The notes beneath the pieces were generated by a model that worked only from the letters and a program-made list of their open reading frames with translations, was not told where the DNA came from and made no database searches. 64,000 nt of DNA from a virus, in the IMG/VR virus record IMGVR_UViG_3300031753_000002, positions 1 through 64,000 of that record; one strand, given 5' to 3'. Numbering within the stretch: the first letter of the stretch is position 1; every line of letters starts with the position of its first letter. The translations under genes and the position numbers were made by a program. Shown here piece by piece: positions 55,217-64,000 of the stretch.

Positions 55217-55666
55217 ATGCCTCTGATTGGCAATATACGCGGCGCAAGTGGCGCAAGCGGTGCAGTCGGCGCTGACGGCGAAGACGGAGAGGACGGCCAA
55301 CCCGGACCGGCGGGAGGCGGCGCTACGGGTGCATCCGGCGCCAGCGGCGCGACCGGCGCCAGCGGCGCGACCGGCGCCAGCGGCGCGACCGGCGCCAGCG
55401 GCGCCAGCGGCGCGACCGGCGCGACGGGCGTGGCTGGTACGGCCGGGGCGAGTGGCATTCCGGGACTCGACGGGCAAGACGGAGAGGACGGGTTGCAAGG
55501 TGGCACGGGTGGCGTCGGCGCTACGGGTGCATCCGGCGCCAGCGGCGCGACCGGCGCCAGCGGCGCGACCGGCGCCAGCGGCGCGACCGGCGCGACGGGA
55601 CCAACGTCCTCGTTTATTCTTGCGATGTGTTGTGATCTTGCGAAACTTTGTCCAGGAGGTATATAA
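55217..55666 (+). CDS. Collagen-like (Gly-X-Y) fibre protein
   Basis: IGNIRG, then GAS/GAT/GED triplets; 9/18-nt repeats; internal duplication of the block. Confidence 0.8.
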   Translation: MPLIGNIRGASGASGAVGADGEDGEDGQPGPAGGGATGASGASGATGASGATGASGATGASGASGATGATGVAGTAGASGIPGLDGQDGEDGLQGGTGGVGATGASGASGATGASGATGASGATGATGPTSSFILAMCCDLAKLCPGGI

Positions 55667-56091
55667 TGTCTACAACTCCGAATTCTGTAGTTTCTGTTCA
55701 AACCCCAAATCACGGATTAATCCAAATTGCGAATGCGGATGCGCAAGCGCAAAAAACGGTTTATACTGGAGGTTCAAACGGCAGCAAAATTACGAGTTTA
55801 GTTCTTCAATCAACTGATACATCGGCTCGGGATGTTCAGATATCCATTACAAAATCGGGCACGTCTTACCCGCTCGGAACTGTTACTGTTCCGATTGGTG
55901 CTGGTAATTCTGGTACTGTGCCAAGTGTTAATGCGTTGAATAGTTCTCAAATTCCCGGACTTCCTCTTGATAGCGATAATAACCCATATATTTTTCTAGC
56001 TGGCTCTTCTGAAACTTTGACGATTTCAGCACTGACAACTGTCACATCAACTAAATTGATTACTGCAAACGCCTTTGCAGGAGATTTCTAA
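55666..56091 (+). CDS. S/T-rich structural protein
   Basis: AGGAGG RBS; TAATG coupling; ends in GDF. Confidence 0.7.
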   Translation: MSTTPNSVVSVQTPNHGLIQIANADAQAQKTVYTGGSNGSKITSLVLQSTDTSARDVQISITKSGTSYPLGTVTVPIGAGNSGTVPSVNALNSSQIPGLPLDSDNNPYIFLAGSSETLTISALTTVTSTKLITANAFAGDF

Positions 56092-56092
56092 A

Positions 56093-56869
56093 ATGTTTAC
56101 TATGCCGGGTGGGAAGGTTGTATCTAGACCGCGACTTGGCGTGGTAAAAACCTATGCCGCATCCGTAGACCCGGGAACTGCGAACGACAATACGCAGGGC
56201 TATTCGCCCGGATCGATCGGAGTTAATACTGGAACAGGGCGCGCTTTTATTTGTCGAAGTGCTGCTACAGCCTCGGCTAAATGGGGTGCGCTTGATTCAA
56301 CGAATTTTGATACTTACGCGGCGAACAATTGGTATCCATCCTTTTTTGCTCCACTACCCGTTAACGGGTCAACGCTAGCTACCGGTACATCAAGTTTTTC
56401 TCCGTTCCTTGTTAAGGAGCGATCAACTTGGGGGTCGCTTGGAATCCATATTGGCACTCTAAAAGCGTCGGGTAATCTTCAACTTGCTCTATATAACGAT
56501 TCAGCAAGTCAGCCAAGTACTCTTGTCGATAATACCGCGAGTATTACAACTGGTGCGACTGGATTTGTTTCGGCATCGTTTTCCGGCGGAAATCATACAT
56601 TAGAACCGGGTCTTTATTGGTTTGGTCTCGCTTATGATGCGACTGCCAGCAGTTCAGCGATTTGTGATTCATGGCCAAATATTGCATCATCATTTGTTGC
56701 AGGGTTACTTGGTTCTGCCACAGGAGATACGGTTGCAGGGTTTACTCAATTGCCTACCGGCTGGACTTTTGGTCAGACGTTCGGTACTTGGGCTACTGTC
56801 TCTAGTGCGACGGCGACTACTGTCAAGAACACCCCATTTGGCGTCATGCAAAATGTGAGTAGTCCTTAA
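56093..56869 (+). CDS. Fibre/receptor-binding-like protein, tandem paralog A
   Basis: A.VDP..AND.TQGYSPGS..VNT.TG.AFIC..A....A.W module plus beta domain. Confidence 0.75.
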   Translation: MFTMPGGKVVSRPRLGVVKTYAASVDPGTANDNTQGYSPGSIGVNTGTGRAFICRSAATASAKWGALDSTNFDTYAANNWYPSFFAPLPVNGSTLATGTSSFSPFLVKERSTWGSLGIHIGTLKASGNLQLALYNDSASQPSTLVDNTASITTGATGFVSASFSGGNHTLEPGLYWFGLAYDATASSSAICDSWPNIASSFVAGLLGSATGDTVAGFTQLPTGWTFGQTFGTWATVSSATATTVKNTPFGVMQNVSSP

Positions 56870-56870
56870 A

Positions 56871-57647
56871 ATGTTTACGCTTCCCGCCGGAAAAATTATA
56901 CCTAAACAACAACTTGGTGTATTGAACACCTATGCCGCATCCGTAGACCCGGGAACTGCGAACGACAATACCCAGGGCTATTCGCCCGGATCGATCGGAG
57001 TTAATACTGGAACAGGGTGTGCTTTTATTTGTCGAAGTGCTGCAACAGCCGCCGCTAAATGGGAAGCAATTGGTGCGAATAATTTTGATACCTATCAAGT
57101 GAATAATTGGTATCCATCACTATTTGCACCATTACCTACCAGCGGGACAACGCTAGCCACCGGTACATCGAGTTTTGCACCATTTATCATAAAGGAGCGA
57201 TCAACTTGGGGGTCGCTTGGAATCCATATTGGCACTCTAAAAGCGTCGGGTAATCTTCAACTTGCTCTATATAACGATTCAGCAAGTCAGCCAAGTACTC
57301 TTGTCGATAATACCGCGAGTATTACAACTGGTGCGACTGGATTTGTTTCAGCGGCTTTTTCTAATGGAAATCATCAACTAGAACCAGGTCTTTATTGGTT
57401 TGGTCTCGCTTATGATGCGACTGCCGGCGGTTCAGCCATTTGTAATTCATGGCCAAATGCTACATCGACAATTATTCCAGGATTACTTGGTTCGGCCACT
57501 GGAGATACGGTTGCGCATTCTTCTGCTCTACCTACGGGTTGGACCTTTAACCAGACGTTCGGTACTTGGGGTACTGTCTCTAGTCCGACGGCAATTACTA
57601 CCAAGAATGTGCCATTTGGCGTCCTTCAAAATGTGAGTGTCCCATGA
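56871..57647 (+). CDS. Fibre/receptor-binding-like protein, tandem paralog B
   Basis: Colinear with 56093-56869, with long identical DNA blocks. Confidence 0.75.
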   Translation: MFTLPAGKIIPKQQLGVLNTYAASVDPGTANDNTQGYSPGSIGVNTGTGCAFICRSAATAAAKWEAIGANNFDTYQVNNWYPSLFAPLPTSGTTLATGTSSFAPFIIKERSTWGSLGIHIGTLKASGNLQLALYNDSASQPSTLVDNTASITTGATGFVSAAFSNGNHQLEPGLYWFGLAYDATAGGSAICNSWPNATSTIIPGLLGSATGDTVAHSSALPTGWTFNQTFGTWGTVSSPTAITTKNVPFGVLQNVSVP

Positions 57648-58021
57648 GTATCAATTATAGACATGACGGTACGATTCTTTTCATCTCCGACGCGGATTCA
57701 ACTGTTACACAGATTGAACCGGCAGGAAAAACGCCAGCGCAGATTTTGGCGGACTATACCACCTTCCAGAATAGTTGGCCTCTTGCGTGGTGGAAAACCT
57801 ATTGGCAGTTACAGCTTGATACGCTTTTAGATAATAATTTTGATTTGAAAGCGTTTATACGCGCAGGTAATTCTACTAGTGTGACAGGAACCCAAGTTGG
57901 AAATTTTTTGGCGACGATAACTGATAATTATCGCTCGTTGCGTGCGTCCATTGCAGCGGCGGCGAGTGTAGCCGCAGTGCAAGCAATTAATATCAACAAT
58001 GGGTGGCCCTCTAATCCGTGA
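57644..58021 (+). CDS. Fibre assembly/chaperone-like protein
   Basis: Follows the fibre genes; L.A.I.AA.SVAAV.AI....GWP C-terminus. Confidence 0.55.
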   Translation: MSINYRHDGTILFISDADSTVTQIEPAGKTPAQILADYTTFQNSWPLAWWKTYWQLQLDTLLDNNFDLKAFIRAGNSTSVTGTQVGNFLATITDNYRSLRASIAAAASVAAVQAININNGWPSNP

Positions 58022-58035
58022 AAGAAGAAACCTAA

Positions 58036-58953
58036 ATGACTCAAACCACAATTTTCTGCGTTCAAGACCGCAGTGGGACCTCGGCTCAACTCGTAATGGC
58101 TTCGGCGATGCCTCACCCCATCGCCGTCGGCGACACGGGCGTCTATGCTGGTACGGATTCCGTTGATGACATTGGACAAGGCGTTACCGACACTCCGGTA
58201 TCGCTCGCATTCACGGTTGGGCAGATTCTAGACCCGCTTAACTTTGGCATATACACCAAGGCCGCGTTAGCCTCGGGATGGCCACCGTCCGGCGTCGTAA
58301 CGTGGAAGACTGGAGCTAACACGACCTCACCAAACACATCGTCCATTATTCAGATGGTCCCAGCGAATGCGTATATAACTGTGGCGTTTCTCAAGGAATA
58401 CCATGCGAGCCGAGGTAATGCTCTCGGGTTCCCGCTCACATCGGCTGCGCAAGCGGCCATCGTTCAATCGAGTGATTATATAGACCAGCGTTACCGGTTC
58501 AAGGGCATTAAGCTACTTCAATTTCTTACAAACCCAACGCTCGATCCTATGTTGCCATTTATAGACCCGTGGCTTTCACCTTTCGGGTTTGCGCAGATGA
58601 ATTTTTTCACTCCGAGCACTACGCAGCAACACACAGAATGGCCGCGACAGGGCGTCGTCGATTGGAGTGGAGATTCGGTCTATGACGTGCCCAAGGCTGT
58701 CAAGTTCGCATGCGCCGAGCTTGCCTTTCGAGTCCTCGCCGGCACCATCTTGATGCCGGATTATGATCCAAACGTCTCATCTGGGGGCGGAGTCATTCAA
58801 ACTCGGACAGAAGATGTGGGGCCGATTCGAACAACTTACACGTATGATACCAAATTCGGTCTTGGCTTCTTCCCGGACTTTCCGCAAGTTACCCGGATGC
58901 TGTCCAGCGCGGGCCTTTTGGTCGCGGCCGGCGGCCGGACAATTATCCGCTGA
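58036..58953 (+). CDS. Head-tail adaptor (DnaT-like domain) with N-terminal extension
   Basis: ANAYITVA....YH..RG...AIV...DYID..Y.FKG...Q..EWPR...VP..VK.A.AELA...VGPI...Y. Confidence 0.78.
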   Translation: MTQTTIFCVQDRSGTSAQLVMASAMPHPIAVGDTGVYAGTDSVDDIGQGVTDTPVSLAFTVGQILDPLNFGIYTKAALASGWPPSGVVTWKTGANTTSPNTSSIIQMVPANAYITVAFLKEYHASRGNALGFPLTSAAQAAIVQSSDYIDQRYRFKGIKLLQFLTNPTLDPMLPFIDPWLSPFGFAQMNFFTPSTTQQHTEWPRQGVVDWSGDSVYDVPKAVKFACAELAFRVLAGTILMPDYDPNVSSGGGVIQTRTEDVGPIRTTYTYDTKFGLGFFPDFPQVTRMLSSAGLLVAAGGRTIIR

Positions 58954-58959
58954 CCCGGA

Positions 58960-58974
58960 TAAAAGGCCGGTTGC
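58960..58974 (+). promoter_or_regulatory. Late-promoter motif, copy 5 (neck/tail operon)
   Basis: TAAAAGGCCGGTTGC; TTAACCAT in the spacer. Confidence 0.6.
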
Positions 58975-58998
58975 GCCATTAACCATATGGGGCTAGAC

Positions 58999-59367
58999 AT
59001 GGCAGGATTCAACTACCTGGGTACACGGGCGACAGCGGACAAGTTGATCAAACGGTTCGGTATGAAGGCAGCCCTTCGCCGAGCCGGCGACACCCCAACG
59101 GATCGTGAGTGCTGGGTATGCATCTATGACTACATGCCGAGCGACAAAGCGACGGCGCTAGCGAACCCGACCGACCGCAAAGTCATCATGTCGGTAGGAC
59201 TAGGCGCGGTGCTCAATGAGCCGCCCGACAACGAGAAGGACCAGCTTGTGACGTTTATCCAGCCGGCAGGCACGGTTCAAAACGAGGTTCTGCCGTTCAC
59301 ATGCCCTCCGAAGCCGTTCGCCCCAGCGGGGGTTAATGTGCTTTGGGAGTTCACCGTTCGGCGTTAA
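58999..59367 (+). CDS. Head closure / head-tail joining protein
   Basis: Y...RATA.KLI.RFG...L.R...DRK...PAG..VLW...VRR. Confidence 0.7.
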   Translation: MAGFNYLGTRATADKLIKRFGMKAALRRAGDTPTDRECWVCIYDYMPSDKATALANPTDRKVIMSVGLGAVLNEPPDNEKDQLVTFIQPAGTVQNEVLPFTCPPKPFAPAGVNVLWEFTVRR

Positions 59368-59737
59368 GATAGGAGACCGCGCGCATCAGAGATTCGGCGT
59401 CATCGCCAAGCAGCCCCAAACCGGCATTGCAGTTGCGACAAAGCCATCCTCGAAACCGTCCGGTAACATGGTCATGATCTATGCAAAGCACCGCCCTCTT
59501 GTGGCAAAGCTCGCAACAGCCATCTTCGGGCGGGGAGCGAAGCGTGCTTTCATCGAGCAATGCATGCCCTTCATTAAGGGCACGCCTCTGAATTGCGGCC
59601 ACTCGTATCTTGACTCGGTTTATGGTCTGGTACGTATGATTTTTGGCGCGACCACGGGGCGTCTTCCCGTAGTCGCTTTGGCTCTTTCGAATGCGGTCGG
59701 GATGGCGCGCTTTGTATCGAGTATGCCGTTCGGACAT
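59351..59737 (-). mobile_element. Endonuclease VII-family homing endonuclease (antisense to the tail operon)
   Basis: CELC...LCIDHDHVTGRFRGWLCRNCNAGLGLLGDD...L.RA..YL. Confidence 0.85.
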
Positions 59738-59775
59738 GCTGCATTCTACATGGTCGGCTTGGGGCGGTCAAGCCG

Positions 59776-60282
59776 ATGACAACAATTCGCGACCGCCGTG
59801 AGGAAATTTTGGAACGACTCGACGCGCTTCTCGCCGGAACGACGATCATGTTGTCGAGTGGAACAATACCAGCCGGGAACTACGTGCACAATCGCAACGA
59901 GCTTCCGGCGTCCTTGGTGCCGGGGATCATTCTTCTGGACGGGGACGAAACGAATGACACCCGCCTAACGCGGGCACCGGGGCTGCAACAGGGTCAAGTG
60001 CCGACGCAGTTGGTCAAGATGACCCCGGAGATTTATGTGGTTCTCGACGTGCGAAAGCCCTTGAACCTCAATGTAGGAGCGGACTTGAACTTGGCGCGAC
60101 GTGTAATCCTGGCGGCCATTCTGCCGGACCCGTCCTTACAGGCCAGTGTGGGCGCCAACGGGAACATCGTGTACGACGGATGCGTCACAGACCTCGCACG
60201 CAACCGCCAAATGCAAGGGCAACTCGGGATAAGCATCACGTTCACTTATCCACTGCTTCCTTGGGAAACTGTCGGCCAATAG
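59776..60282 (+). CDS. Tail terminator / completion protein
   Basis: REEIL.RL..LL...RN..LP...P.I.L.DGDE; position before the tail tube. Confidence 0.65.
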   Translation: MTTIRDRREEILERLDALLAGTTIMLSSGTIPAGNYVHNRNELPASLVPGIILLDGDETNDTRLTRAPGLQQGQVPTQLVKMTPEIYVVLDVRKPLNLNVGADLNLARRVILAAILPDPSLQASVGANGNIVYDGCVTDLARNRQMQGQLGISITFTYPLLPWETVGQ

Positions 60283-60291
60283 GAGTGTTCC

Positions 60292-60861
60292 ATGCCCCAA
60301 AATTCCAATCGGCTTGTAGAGGGCAGCCTTACCAGTCCTAATATCGGAAATTATTACATCGGCAAAGGCGCGGTGTGGATCAAGGTGCTCGGCGAGACCG
60401 TGTTCACGCACGCTGGAAACTGCCCGATATTCGAATTCATGGCGAAGGTCACGCAGCTTGATCACTACAGTTCGATGACCGGCGTCAAGGTAAAAGATTT
60501 CGTGGCCGTGACCGAACTTTCAGGCACGCTGACCATGGTGCTTGAAGAATTGACTGCACGCAATGTCGGCTTCGGATTGCTTGGCCTGCCGTACGGCGGC
60601 CCATCCCCGGCTCAAGAGGAAATCGACATTTTCGCGAATCCGGTCATTTACGCGGCAATTCAGTTCATCGGCGCCAACGATATCGGCCCGGTGTGGACTG
60701 TCCATTTTCCGCTTGTGAAGCTGTCGCCGAACAAGGCCCTCAGCCTAATCGGCAACACGTGGGGTACCGTTGATCTCGAAGGCGACGTGCTCTTTGACCA
60801 CACGACAGGCACCTTCGGACAAGCCTACGTGTCCTTGCCGACCTCGCCGGTCCCGGACTAA
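60292..60861 (+). CDS. Major tail tube protein
   Basis: NYYIGKG.V...GNCP.FEF...L.HYSS..G...KD...LEE.T..N...F.G.N..GP. Confidence 0.82.
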   Translation: MPQNSNRLVEGSLTSPNIGNYYIGKGAVWIKVLGETVFTHAGNCPIFEFMAKVTQLDHYSSMTGVKVKDFVAVTELSGTLTMVLEELTARNVGFGLLGLPYGGPSPAQEEIDIFANPVIYAAIQFIGANDIGPVWTVHFPLVKLSPNKALSLIGNTWGTVDLEGDVLFDHTTGTFGQAYVSLPTSPVPD

Positions 60862-61095
60862 ACTAGCGTCTGCGTATATGTTGACGTTATGCGCGTTTTC
60901 GTATAGAGCGAATCATGTCGCGTCGCCATTCGCCCTATTCGCAAGCAGCTTATTCTCGGGCCAAATAGAAAACCCGAGCCATCTTGCATGAATTCCGCAA
61001 GGACGGGTGCGCAACATGCGGGGAGCGCGGTGCGGGCGTTCGATTCGTCCCGCCGGCTCTCCCTTTTATCTGCAACTCCCAAACGAGGCCCCCAA

Positions 61096-61569
61096 ATGGC
61101 AAAGGAACAAGGTCTTAGCTTGCTCGATATCGGCGTTCCTACTGAGCAAATCATGATCGGCAACCGACCCCTGAGAGTGACTGGAATCGCGGCTGAAGAT
61201 GTGTTCGCTCTGTTTCAGCGCTTCCCCGAGGTCCAAGCATTGATCGGAGGCCGCGTGAAGCTTTCCGACTTAGCGACGACAGCCCCCGAGGCTCTCTCCG
61301 CCGTAATCGCGGCCGGCTCCGGAAATCCCGGCGATGAGGCGGCCGAAGCAATTGCCCGCCGCCTCCCGGTCGAAGCACAACTCGATATCCTTGAGGCGAT
61401 CGGGAGGCTCACATTCAAGAGTGGCTTCGGCCCTTTCGTCGAGAGAGTGATAGTTCTCGCCAACGTAGTCGCCTCCGCAAACTTTGGAAGGGCGCCGGAT
61501 ATGAACTCGCCGCCTCAATCGAAGCCCTCATTGCCACCGGATTCGACTACCGAACCGTCTGGTCCTTGA
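61096..61569 (+). CDS. Tail assembly chaperone (G-like)
   Basis: GAGG RBS; follows the tail tube gene. Confidence 0.75.
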   Translation: MAKEQGLSLLDIGVPTEQIMIGNRPLRVTGIAAEDVFALFQRFPEVQALIGGRVKLSDLATTAPEALSAVIAAGSGNPGDEAAEAIARRLPVEAQLDILEAIGRLTFKSGFGPFVERVIVLANVVASANFGRAPDMNSPPQSKPSLPPDSTTEPSGP

Positions 61570-61718
61570 CGCCCCGTCAGATTGCTGCATACCTTTTTCT
61601 GTCGGAACGTCGGCGCGAACGCGAGAATTACGCGGCTCTTGCTATCGCCGCGCTAGGGGCAAGTGGGGACGGAAAACAGATTCAGAAGCAGCTTGATGAA
61701 TGGGAAAAACAACAATGA
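61431..61718 (+). CDS. Tail assembly chaperone -1 frameshift extension (GT-like)
   Basis: In-frame slippery heptamer C CCT TTC at 61431-61437; -1 frame open to 61718 (..G.DYRTVWSLTPRQI.AY..). Confidence 0.7.
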   Translation, partial: PFRRESDSSRQRSRLRKLWKGAGYELAASIEALIATGFDYRTVWSLTPRQIAAYLFLSERRRERENYAALAIAALGASGDGKQIQKQLDEWEKQQ

Positions 61719-62179
61719 CGCGGAGAAAAGTCTGGCCTCGGTTATTGTTCAATGAACACCGATGCGCCGCCCGAAAGCGCGGTATAGATTTTTATTTAAC
61801 ATTCACAGAATGGTGGAAGATTTGGCAGGATTCCGGTCACTGGAACGACCGCGGGATTTACTTAGGACAGTATGTGATGGCGCGGCCCGGAGATTCCGGC
61901 CCTTACGCAATCGAAAATGTGAAGATCATAACCTGTTCTGAAAATCATTCGGAGGGAAATCTAGGACACCACCGCTCTACCCTCGCAATGGCGAAAGCTC
62001 AACAAGGGATGAAGCGCCCACTAAAAGCACGTCAACATATGTCTGAAGCACAACGCCGCCGTTGGGCATCACCTGCGGCTCGACAAGAATCTTCAATAAT
62101 CCAGCGCGGTAAGAAACGATCCGCTGAAACTCGTCAACGAATGGTAGCCGCCTGGGTTGAACGAAGGGCAGCCCTATGA
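61715..62179 (+). mobile_element. HNH-like endonuclease with NUMOD3-like basic repeats
   Basis: A.KRGI.F.LTF.EWW.IW..SG.W..RG...YVMAR.GD.GPY...NV.IIT..EN; G.K.S.ETR..M. Confidence 0.75.
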
Positions 62180-62703
62180 GGTTCATCGTTTCCAAAGCCG
62201 CCGCCCCAAAGTTCAAGCAGAACCTAGCTGGTCTCGCCGACCGTTTTGAACAAGCCCTGATCACGGCCGCCAATATGGCCGCGAGCATGATCGAAGCGGG
62301 CGCTCGCGCCAGCATTGCTCAAGCCGGAAATTTCGGCGGATCATGGATATCGGGATTACAGGTACGGGTCGAAGGGTCGCTCCAAAACATGCGCATAAGC
62401 ATGACCCATGAAGACCCTCGCGTTGCGATCTTCGAAACCGGGGGAGAGATACACGGTAATCCGCTTTTATGGATTCCCATCAGCGGCACCGATGCTGCGG
62501 GCCGATCGGCGTCAAGCTACGGCGGCCTGTATTCCGGCAATCCGCCCGGTCATCCGCCGTTGCTATTCTCTATCAGCGATCGGCAACCAAAGTATTTTGG
62601 TATAAGTCGCGTCATCATCCCGCAAAAATTCTTCTTGCGAGAACGGCAAATGGAGGTCATGAGCAATTTTCGCTCGATCTTCGAAACGGCATTTAGAGGC
62701 TGA
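62176..62703 (+). CDS. Neck/tail-completion-like protein (HK97 gp10-like)
   Basis: AR.SI..AG.F...W...IFE.GG.I.G.PLLWIP...V.IP.KF. Confidence 0.55.
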   Translation: MRFIVSKAAAPKFKQNLAGLADRFEQALITAANMAASMIEAGARASIAQAGNFGGSWISGLQVRVEGSLQNMRISMTHEDPRVAIFETGGEIHGNPLLWIPISGTDAAGRSASSYGGLYSGNPPGHPPLLFSISDRQPKYFGISRVIIPQKFFLRERQMEVMSNFRSIFETAFRG

Positions 62704-62705
62704 TC

Positions 62706-64000
62706 ATGGCCGGCTTGGAAGACGTTATCCAAGGTATAGGCATCGAAGGTGGCACCGAGGTTCTCGAAACGTTGCGGCGTATCGAGGAAACCGGCGTACG
62801 CACTTTCGAGAACATTGCGCAGGCAGCGGAAGCCGGCGGCGGAGGCTTGGAGAAATTCGAGTTGGTGGTTGCCGGCATTGAAGCCGCCATGGGGGTCGCC
62901 GCGGGCGCAGCGCTCCTATTTGTTGAGTCGCAAGATCGCCTTATACAGCGCCTCAGCGCTTTGAGCGAGGCGTTCGGCGGATCGATAGATCAAATTGAAG
63001 GTATCAAGGAAGCCTTTGCGTCGATCGGCGTCGGCGGGCAGATGTTGGAACGGTCCTTGAACCGATTGGCGATAAGCATCGGCCAGCAATGGGCTGAAAT
63101 CCAGCGAGAAATGAGTGGGGCGGCCGACGTACAAGAACGCGACATGATGCGAGTGCAAGAGGCAGCTTTGGGCCTCGAAAAGGCTTATGATCGGGTTCAG
63201 GAAGCCGCAACCTCAGCGGCTCAAACGTCCGCCCACGACGCGCTGTCGCAGCGCGGTGCCGCGCTCGCACTTGAGGCGGCGCAAAATAAATTGTACGAAA
63301 CTCCCGGTGCGAAAAAGTACGGGGATGTTGCATCGAAAGCCGCGAAAGAGGAACTGCAATATAAGCAGGATAGCTTCGCTGTTGACAAAGCGATCCAGGC
63401 CGTCGCCGATGCGAACCTGAAATCGGCAGAGGACTCACACAAAGCGATGATGGCGCAGAAGGAAGCTGCGCTTGGGCTCAAGAAAGCGAGGGAGGCCGAA
63501 GCTGAGGCAGCGGATAAACAGCGTGAGGACGACCTTAAGAACCTTCCGAAGATTGCCGAGAAGGTGGACCAAATTTCCAAAGGCTACGGGAACATAAAAG
63601 ACGGCCTTGATCTCAGTTTGGTGCCCGCGCAGAAATTGGCGCAAGCAGTCATTCAATCGGCGTCGGCGGGAGGCGAGAAGCCGACTGGCCTCCAAGTCTT
63701 CACGAAGATGACGGAACTGTTCCATCAACTCGGCAATTCCGCCGATGATATGAGCATCAAGATGGAACTGGTCCAGCGCCTCATGGGCGCCGGTTTCCGG
63801 GCGGGCACGTCTTCGGCTTCGGAGTTGGTCGCGGCCATTAGCAAAGGGCCGGAAGCAATCGAGGCGATGGTAGAGAAGGCGAAGAATTCCGCATTCGCGT
63901 TGTCGGGGGCGAACGTCACCGCTGCAAAAGATACGGTCTCGGCATGGGCGAGTTTCGGCGCCGAAATGGACCGAGTTCAAAACAAAATTTCGGCTGAACT
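62706..64000 (+). CDS. Tape measure protein (3'-truncated by the window)
   Basis: ATG at 62706 (MAGLEDVIQGIGIEGG..); Ala/Glu/Lys-rich helical frame apparently open to the window end. Confidence 0.8.
   Translation, partial: MAGLEDVIQGIGIEGGTEVLETLRRIEETGVRTFENIAQAAEAGGGGLEKFELVVAGIEAAMGVAAGAALLFVESQDRLIQRLSALSEAFGGSIDQIEGIKEAFASIGVGGQMLERSLNRLAISIGQQWAEIQREMSGAADVQERDMMRVQEAALGLEKAYDRVQEAATSAAQTSAHDALSQRGAALALEAAQNKLYETPGAKKYGDVASKAAKEELQYKQDSFAVDKAIQAVADANLKSAEDSHKAMMAQKEAALGLKKAREAEAEAADKQREDDLKNLPKIAEKVDQISKGYGNIKDGLDLSLVPAQKLAQAVIQSASAGGEKPTGLQVFTKMTELFHQLGNSADDMSIKMELVQRLMGAGFRAGTSSASELVAAISKGPEAIEAMVEKAKNSAFALSGANVTAAKDTVSAWASFGAEMDRVQNKISAE

Noticed and set aside
56093-57647. Diversity-generating retroelement template/variable repeat pair
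   Set aside because: No reverse transcriptase seen, differences are not confined to adenines, and both copies are full ORFs.
61021-61067. tRNA suggested by GTTCGATTC
   Set aside because: Only a single interrupted hairpin with a T-loop-like loop followed by TTTT; no D or anticodon arm. More likely a terminator or leader hairpin.
1-64000. Prophage or lysogeny module
   Set aside because: No integrase, repressor, partition genes or flanking host genes recognised; the window is partial, so lifestyle is not settled.

Overview
This 64 kb window is most of the genome of a long-tailed (siphovirus-type) dsDNA phage. Host-derived genes (GapR/DUF2312, a GcrA N-terminal domain, Usg, DUF3309) and the promoter style point to an alphaproteobacterial host. 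Layout: (i) 452-24864, minus strand: replication and nucleotide-metabolism arm (metallophosphoesterase, VRR-NUC-like nuclease, DUF5664, DUF932, SNF2 helicase, HD hydrolase, dUTPase, class II RNR, intein-containing family A DNA polymerase, DUF2815 SSB, DUF2800 nuclease, HIRAN); (ii) a divergent primase-helicase; (iii) an AT-rich repeat region of about 1.3 kb (28.1-29.4 kb); (iv) small early ORFs with a tRNA-like RNA; (v) 35.1-41.4 kb, small low-complexity proteins sharing short peptide tags; (vi) terminase, portal, MuF-slot genes, scaffold, glycosyltransferase, capsid, collagen/fibre module, neck, tail and the start of the tape measure. I recognised no integrase, repressor, CRISPR array, rRNA or lysis gene. 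Main observations: six ORFs start with a shared 'KDAKGHGS' tag and three more with a related 'RDxHGR[FW]T' tag, fused to unrelated cargos (candidate virion-loading system). An HNH endonuclease is overprinted out of frame inside a continuous DNA polymerase intein. Two endonuclease insertions supply a recoded 3' end for the interrupted gene. Paired C-AUGN-G hairpins precede terS, scaffold and capsid. A 15-bp late-promoter motif occurs five times. All family assignments come from motif recognition by eye, without database searches.
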